From NCBI GenBank assembly GCA_046541575.1, contig JBKHDA010000001.1, positions 24,243-88,242 of the forward strand: 64,000 nt of DNA, given 5' to 3'. The translations under genes and the position numbers were made by a program. Within the stretch, counting starts at the first letter, position 1; each line of letters begins with the position of its first letter. Under the pieces are notes generated by a model that did no database searches, was not told the DNA's origin, and saw only the letters and a program-made list of their open reading frames with translations. Positions 59,876 to 64,000 of the stretch are shown piece by piece. Origin of the DNA: Halanaerobium sp. GTDB lineage: Bacteria > Bacillota > Halanaerobiia > Halanaerobiales > Halanaerobiaceae.

Positions 59876-60022
59876 CCTGATTAGTTTAGTTGAGAAGGAT
59901 ACAATCTTTAGATTAGCAAAGTAATAATAATTTAGCAGTAGTTAATGATTGTATCAGAGTAGAGAGCAGTTGATATCTTAATTTTTTTTAATTTTAGCTG
60001 AGTTGAGCCAGGATAAATCAGG
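59876..60022 (+). promoter_or_regulatory. structured 5' leader with clustered NAG triplets
   Basis: Five clusters of three NAG triplets; stems CCTGATT / AATCAGG and GATACAATC / GATTGTATC. Confidence 0.7.
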
Positions 60023-60065
60023 AAAATAAAAAATTGAGTAGAAAGAAGTGAAGGAGGAAAGTAAA

Positions 60066-61541
60066 ATGGAACAGAATCGTGAACAATGGGGAAGTAGAGT
60101 TGGTTTTGTTTTGGCAACAATTGGTTCAGCAGTTGGACTGGGTAATATCTGGCGTTTTTCTTATATGGCTTATGAAAATGGTGGAGGTGCCTTTTTATTT
60201 CCGTATATTTTTGCTCTGCTGACAGCGGGAATACCTCTGATATTACTGGAAATGGGCTTTGGATTTTTTACCAGAACTTCAGCACCTAGTTCATTTCGAA
60301 AGGTTGGTAAAAAGTTTGAATGGGTAGGCTGGTGGTCAGTACTGGTGGCCTTTACAGTTACAGTCTATTATATTGTTATTATTGCCTGGAGTCTATTATT
60401 TGTTTTTAAATCATTTAATCTGGGCTGGACTGCTAACCCGGAAGCCTACTTTTTTGGAGATTTTCTTCAGTTTTCAGGTAGTGCTTTTGATCTAGGTGGA
60501 ATTCAGTGGCCAATATTCTTAGCTTTAATTGGGGTCTGGTTAATTAATTATGTCATCATTGCCGGTGGAGTACAAAAAGGTATAGAAAAAGCAAGTAAAA
60601 TATTTATGCCGCTTTTGGCAGCAATGCTTTTAATTATTGTATTTAGAGGCTTAACTTTACCCGGATCAATGGATGGAGTAAGGGCATTTCTGGCACCTGA
60701 TTTCAGCAGAATTTTTGAACTGGATATCTGGCTGGACGCCTATGGACAGATTTTCTTTTCCCTAAGTCTGGGTTTTGGAATTATGATTGCTTATTCCAGT
60801 TATCTACCTAAAAAATCAGATGTTATTAAAAACGGTACAATTGCAGCTTTTGCAGATGCAATTTTTGCTATTGTAGCCGGACTTGGTGTTTTTGGTATCC
60901 TGGGCTACATGGCACAGACTCAGGGAGTACCAGTCGCAGATGTTGCAACTTCAGGTATTGGATTGGCATTTATTGCTTTCCCACAGGCAATCAATTTATT
61001 ACCTGCTTTACCACAACTTTTTGGATTATTATTTTTCTTATCCCTTACAGTTGCCGGTCTGTCATCAAGTGTTTCCTTAATTGAATCTGTAGTTTCAGCT
61101 TTAATTGATAATTTTAGTTTAAGCCGCACAAAGGCTGTTACAATGGTTTCAATTGTAGGATTCTTAATGGGATTACCAATGGTTACAGAGGGTGGTCTGG
61201 CGATTTTAGATATTTTTGATCACTTTATTAATATTTTTGGTCTGTTAACTGTTGGATTTGTAGAAATGCTTGTTTTAAGTTATGCTTTTGATCTTGATAA
61301 AATTAAAGATAACATGAATCCAAGTTCTGACTATCAAGTTGGTCCAACCTGGAAAGCTCTAGTTAAGTTTGTCAGTCCTATTTTAATTGGTTTTGGTTTA
61401 ATCCAGAATGTAATATCAGAATTCGCTACAGTTTATGGTGGCTATGCACTGGCAGAAGTTATTACTTTTGGCTGGGTAGCAGTAGCTTTAGTACTTTTAT
61501 TTGCAATTTATCTCGGCAAACGAGAAAATACTATAGTTTAA
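60066..61541 (+). CDS. NSS/SNF sodium-dependent amino-acid transporter
   Basis: GSAVGLGNIWRF, QIFFSLSLGFG and GIGLAFIAFP motifs; ATG behind AGGAGG. Confidence 0.94.
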   Translation: MEQNREQWGSRVGFVLATIGSAVGLGNIWRFSYMAYENGGGAFLFPYIFALLTAGIPLILLEMGFGFFTRTSAPSSFRKVGKKFEWVGWWSVLVAFTVTVYYIVIIAWSLLFVFKSFNLGWTANPEAYFFGDFLQFSGSAFDLGGIQWPIFLALIGVWLINYVIIAGGVQKGIEKASKIFMPLLAAMLLIIVFRGLTLPGSMDGVRAFLAPDFSRIFELDIWLDAYGQIFFSLSLGFGIMIAYSSYLPKKSDVIKNGTIAAFADAIFAIVAGLGVFGILGYMAQTQGVPVADVATSGIGLAFIAFPQAINLLPALPQLFGLLFFLSLTVAGLSSSVSLIESVVSALIDNFSLSRTKAVTMVSIVGFLMGLPMVTEGGLAILDIFDHFINIFGLLTVGFVEMLVLSYAFDLDKIKDNMNPSSDYQVGPTWKALVKFVSPILIGFGLIQNVISEFATVYGGYALAEVITFGWVAVALVLLFAIYLGKRENTIV

Positions 61542-61576
61542 GTAAACTTTAATTATTAAGTAAATTATAAATTAAG

Positions 61577-61618
61577 AGGCTGACTTTAATGTTGTCAACA
61601 TTAAAGTCAGCCTTTTTT
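61577..61618 (+). terminator. intrinsic terminator (18-bp perfect stem)
   Basis: AGGCTGACTTTAATGTTG-T-CAACATTAAAGTCAGCCT followed by TTTTT. Confidence 0.88.
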
Positions 61619-61733
61619 GATTTATTGTCGATTATTAATTATAATTATAAATGGAATCTTTGAGTTTTATTAATGAGTAAAATAAATAAGTAGTTTAGTC
61701 CAGAAATAATTTTAAAAAGGGAGCTGATAATTT

Positions 61734-62234
61734 ATGGAAGAAATTTTTGAACGGAGAAGTATCAGGAAGTATCAGGATAAAAATGTGGAAGAAGAAAAAA
61801 TAGAAAAATTATTAGAAGCAGCAGCTGCAGCACCATCTGCTGGTAATGAACAGCCCTGGCATTTTATTGTAATTAAAGATAGAGAAAGACTTAATCATCT
61901 GGCAGAGATTCATCCTTATGCTAAAATGCTTAAAGAAGCACCACTTGCTATTGCAGTTTGTGCAGACTTAAATAAGCAGAAGCATCAGGGTTTTTGGGTA
62001 CAGGACTGCTCAGCAGCAACTCAAAATATTTTGCTGGAAGCTGTGTCTTTAGATCTGGGATCTGTCTGGATTGGCTGTCATCCGGCTGAAGATAGAGAAA
62101 AAGTAGTTAGTGAATATTTAGAAGTTCCAGCTGATTTTAAAACTCTATCTTTAATTGCGGTTGGTTATCCAGCTGAAGAAAAAGGCAGAGTTGATAGACT
62201 AAGTGATGATATTATTCATTATGATAAGTGGTAA
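61734..62234 (+). CDS. nitroreductase-family flavoprotein
   Basis: RRSIRKY, APSAGNEQPW, QDCSAATQN and LGSVWIG motifs. Confidence 0.94.
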   Translation: MEEIFERRSIRKYQDKNVEEEKIEKLLEAAAAAPSAGNEQPWHFIVIKDRERLNHLAEIHPYAKMLKEAPLAIAVCADLNKQKHQGFWVQDCSAATQNILLEAVSLDLGSVWIGCHPAEDREKVVSEYLEVPADFKTLSLIAVGYPAEEKGRVDRLSDDIIHYDKW

Positions 62235-62242
62235 AATTGATA

Positions 62243-62285
62243 ATAAAAGCAGACAGATTGGAAGCTGAAATCTGTCTGCTTTTAT
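62243..62285. terminator. bidirectional terminator
   Basis: ATAAAAGCAGACAGATT / AATCTGTCTGCTTTTAT between convergent genes. Confidence 0.85.
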
Positions 62286-62289
62286 CATT

Positions 62290-62841
62290 TTATAAAAAAT
62301 CAAATCCCGACATCACAGCACTTAAAAAGGCAAGAACTAATATTAGAGTATATTCTTTCTGGAAAATTTCTTTACTTTCCTTGAGATCTAATTGTTCTTT
62401 TAAAGCAGCGACTACAATGAAAACAAGATAAATTGCTGTTAAAGCAGCTGCTATAATAATTAAATCCTGAGAACTATAATTAACCTTTTCTATAATATTA
62501 AACTGAAGTGATAGTACTGCTGGCAGAGCTATAAACTCATGTTTGATACCGGCTATCCAGTCCCCCTGCAGTAAACCACCGCTTTTTATTAACCTAACTG
62601 CAATTAAAGAATTAATGAAATAAACTGCAGGTATTAAAAAGTCAGCAGAGCCAAGATAATAGGAAAATATCCAGGCGGATAAGGCACTAAAGGCCATGGC
62701 TCCTGTTATAATTAATCCATTTTTAAAGGCAGACCTTAATTTAGGAGTTTCTACTATAATTAGCAGTACTGCTGTGTAAGAGATTAATACTATATTATTT
62801 TTCAGCAGCTGATCCCAGAACAGTAACATTATTTCACTCAT
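62290..62841 (-). CDS. RnfA-like membrane protein, cysteine-free
   Basis: 183 aa, six TM; LLKNNIVL start, AALKEQL and C-terminal MSGF resemble RnfA; follows the rnfE-like gene. Confidence 0.65.
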   Translation of the reverse strand: MSEIMLLFWDQLLKNNIVLISYTAVLLIIVETPKLRSAFKNGLIITGAMAFSALSAWIFSYYLGSADFLIPAVYFINSLIAVRLIKSGGLLQGDWIAGIKHEFIALPAVLSLQFNIIEKVNYSSQDLIIIAAALTAIYLVFIVVAALKEQLDLKESKEIFQKEYTLILVLAFLSAVMSGFDFL

Positions 62842-63437
62842 GCTTTAACCTCACTTTCTAATTCGATTCCAGCCTCTTTTTTTATTTTTCTTTCTAAATT
62901 TAACTTTTTAATTATTATCTCATAAATAAAGGCTGTTATTCCAACAATCATAAAGGCACCAGGAGCTTCAGTAGCTATAGAAAGAGGGGGGTTAATAAAA
63001 ATTTGATAATTTAAAATACTGCCCTCACCCAGCAGTTCTCTTAGAAGAGAAACTGCAAGCATTAAATCTAAAAATAAAAGATGATTAATTATAAAATTGG
63101 AAAAGCTTTTATTATTTAGTTCCGCATAGACAAGAGGTGTTACTCCAATTAAAATAAAATAGTAGTTAAAATGGACTGACTGATTATTAAAAATTAGAGG
63201 CAGCAGATGATAAAGAAAATAAGAGATGGCAAAACCTGCAGCCCAGAGAATTATTTTTCCAGATTTTTGACTAAAAAAACTTTCAGATGTTAAATAAATA
63301 AATCTAATTACCAGAGCTGTCAGGCTGAGTGTTAGAGCAAAAATAAGAGCAAAAAGAATACCGTTTCCTGTACCTGCAAGTAAAGCAAATAAGCCTAAAA
63401 GAGTTATTTTATTTACAAGAGTTAAATTGCTGTTCAT
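62838..63437 (-). CDS. RnfE-like membrane protein, cysteine-free
   Basis: LRELLGEGSI and APGAFMIVG are RnfE hallmarks. Confidence 0.78.
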   Translation of the reverse strand: MNSNLTLVNKITLLGLFALLAGTGNGILFALIFALTLSLTALVIRFIYLTSESFFSQKSGKIILWAAGFAISYFLYHLLPLIFNNQSVHFNYYFILIGVTPLVYAELNNKSFSNFIINHLLFLDLMLAVSLLRELLGEGSILNYQIFINPPLSIATEAPGAFMIVGITAFIYEIIIKKLNLERKIKKEAGIELESEVKA

Positions 63438-63483
63438 ATAATCATTCTCCTTTCTTGCTGAATTACGATTTAAGTGTTAAATT

Positions 63484-63999
63484 TTATCCAACTAATTGAG
63501 CTAAGTAACTGAATAGAATAATTATTCCTGCTCCAGTTAAAGCTGCACCAGCAATTTTATAGTTTCTTTTTCGGATTTGATGCTGGCCAAAATGGAAACC
63601 TTCAAATAAATGATCAGTTAAATAGGCAAGACCGTTCATTGTTAAAATAGCAAAAGTAACCCCACCACTATAGCTGGAAAAATAGCGAATTAATACGGTT
63701 AAAGCGCCACAGCCAGCACCATAAAATAATCTTGCTTCTTTAGCTGCAGGAGAGCTGACCATATCAGTTGCCATAAAAAATGAACCTAAAATTACAGCAC
63801 CGGCAAATACACTTAAAATTGGATTAACTCCAAGTATAGCTGAGGTGATAATTACCGCAGTTATAAAGGAACCTGGAATTCTCCAGCTTATATACCCTTT
63901 ATAGTAAAGAAAAGCTGCACCAATTAATAAGGCCAGAGCTGATGTTTCTCCTATTGCTCCCGGTATATTTCCAGAGAATAAATTCCAAAAACCGCTGAG
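63484..63999 (-). CDS. rnfD: RnfD (C-terminal part; runs off the window)
   Basis: Frame is open to the edge: LFSGNIPGAIGETSALALLIG...ISWRIP...FFMATDMVSSP...FAILTMN. Confidence 0.92.
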   Translation of the reverse strand, partial: LSGFWNLFSGNIPGAIGETSALALLIGAAFLYYKGYISWRIPGSFITAVIITSAILGVNPILSVFAGAVILGSFFMATDMVSSPAAKEARLFYGAGCGALTVLIRYFSSYSGGVTFAILTMNGLAYLTDHLFEGFHFGQHQIRKRNYKIAGAALTGAGIIILFSYLAQLVG

Positions 64000-64000
64000 T

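Noticed and set aside
59932-60120. 62-aa minus-strand ORF over the NSS leader
   Set aside because: No RBS; the region is better explained as a plus-strand regulatory leader.
61577-61613. 37-bp perfect palindrome as a mobile-element end
   Set aside because: It follows a stop codon, ends in a T tract and has no second copy, so a terminator is the simpler reading.

Overview
AT-rich chromosomal window from an anaerobic, probably halophilic and diderm Firmicute. It looks Halanaerobium-like (inference from acidic solute-binding proteins that have SPase-I-type signal peptides and no lipobox). In order it contains: the 3' part of a group A [FeFe]-hydrogenase; a pyrimidine cluster (carAB, then pyrR-pyrP-pyrB-pyrC-pyrF-pyrK-pyrD-pyrE) with three PyrR attenuators, split by a membrane esterase bounded by 35-bp direct repeats; gloA; a PHP phosphatase; a LysR / YeeE / CoA-persulfide-reductase-rhodanese sulfur module; DUF368; addB-addA; gpmA; htrA with a two-component system; polA-mutM-(coaE::mgsA fusion)-slt; a peptide ABC system; a LacI-ABC-GH65 operon resembling glucosylglycerol phosphorylase; a TrpXYZ-like ABC importer next to a HutP-family gene; mntP; rlmD; two divergent NSS transporters; a nitroreductase; and the end of an rnfD-E-A cluster. 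Best candidates for undescribed biology: (1) a HutP-family protein lacking the canonical His ligands, with two nearby amino-acid importer leaders rich in NAG triplets and alternative RNA structures; (2) an Rnf-derived membrane module whose RnfE/RnfA have no cysteines and which has no rnfG or rnfB at the usual positions; (3) a CoaE-MgsA fusion that keeps an internal start; (4) a GGTACC-based REP-like palindrome family. No rRNA, tRNA, CRISPR array, transposase or phage gene was seen. All family assignments come from motif recognition and memory; no database search was run.
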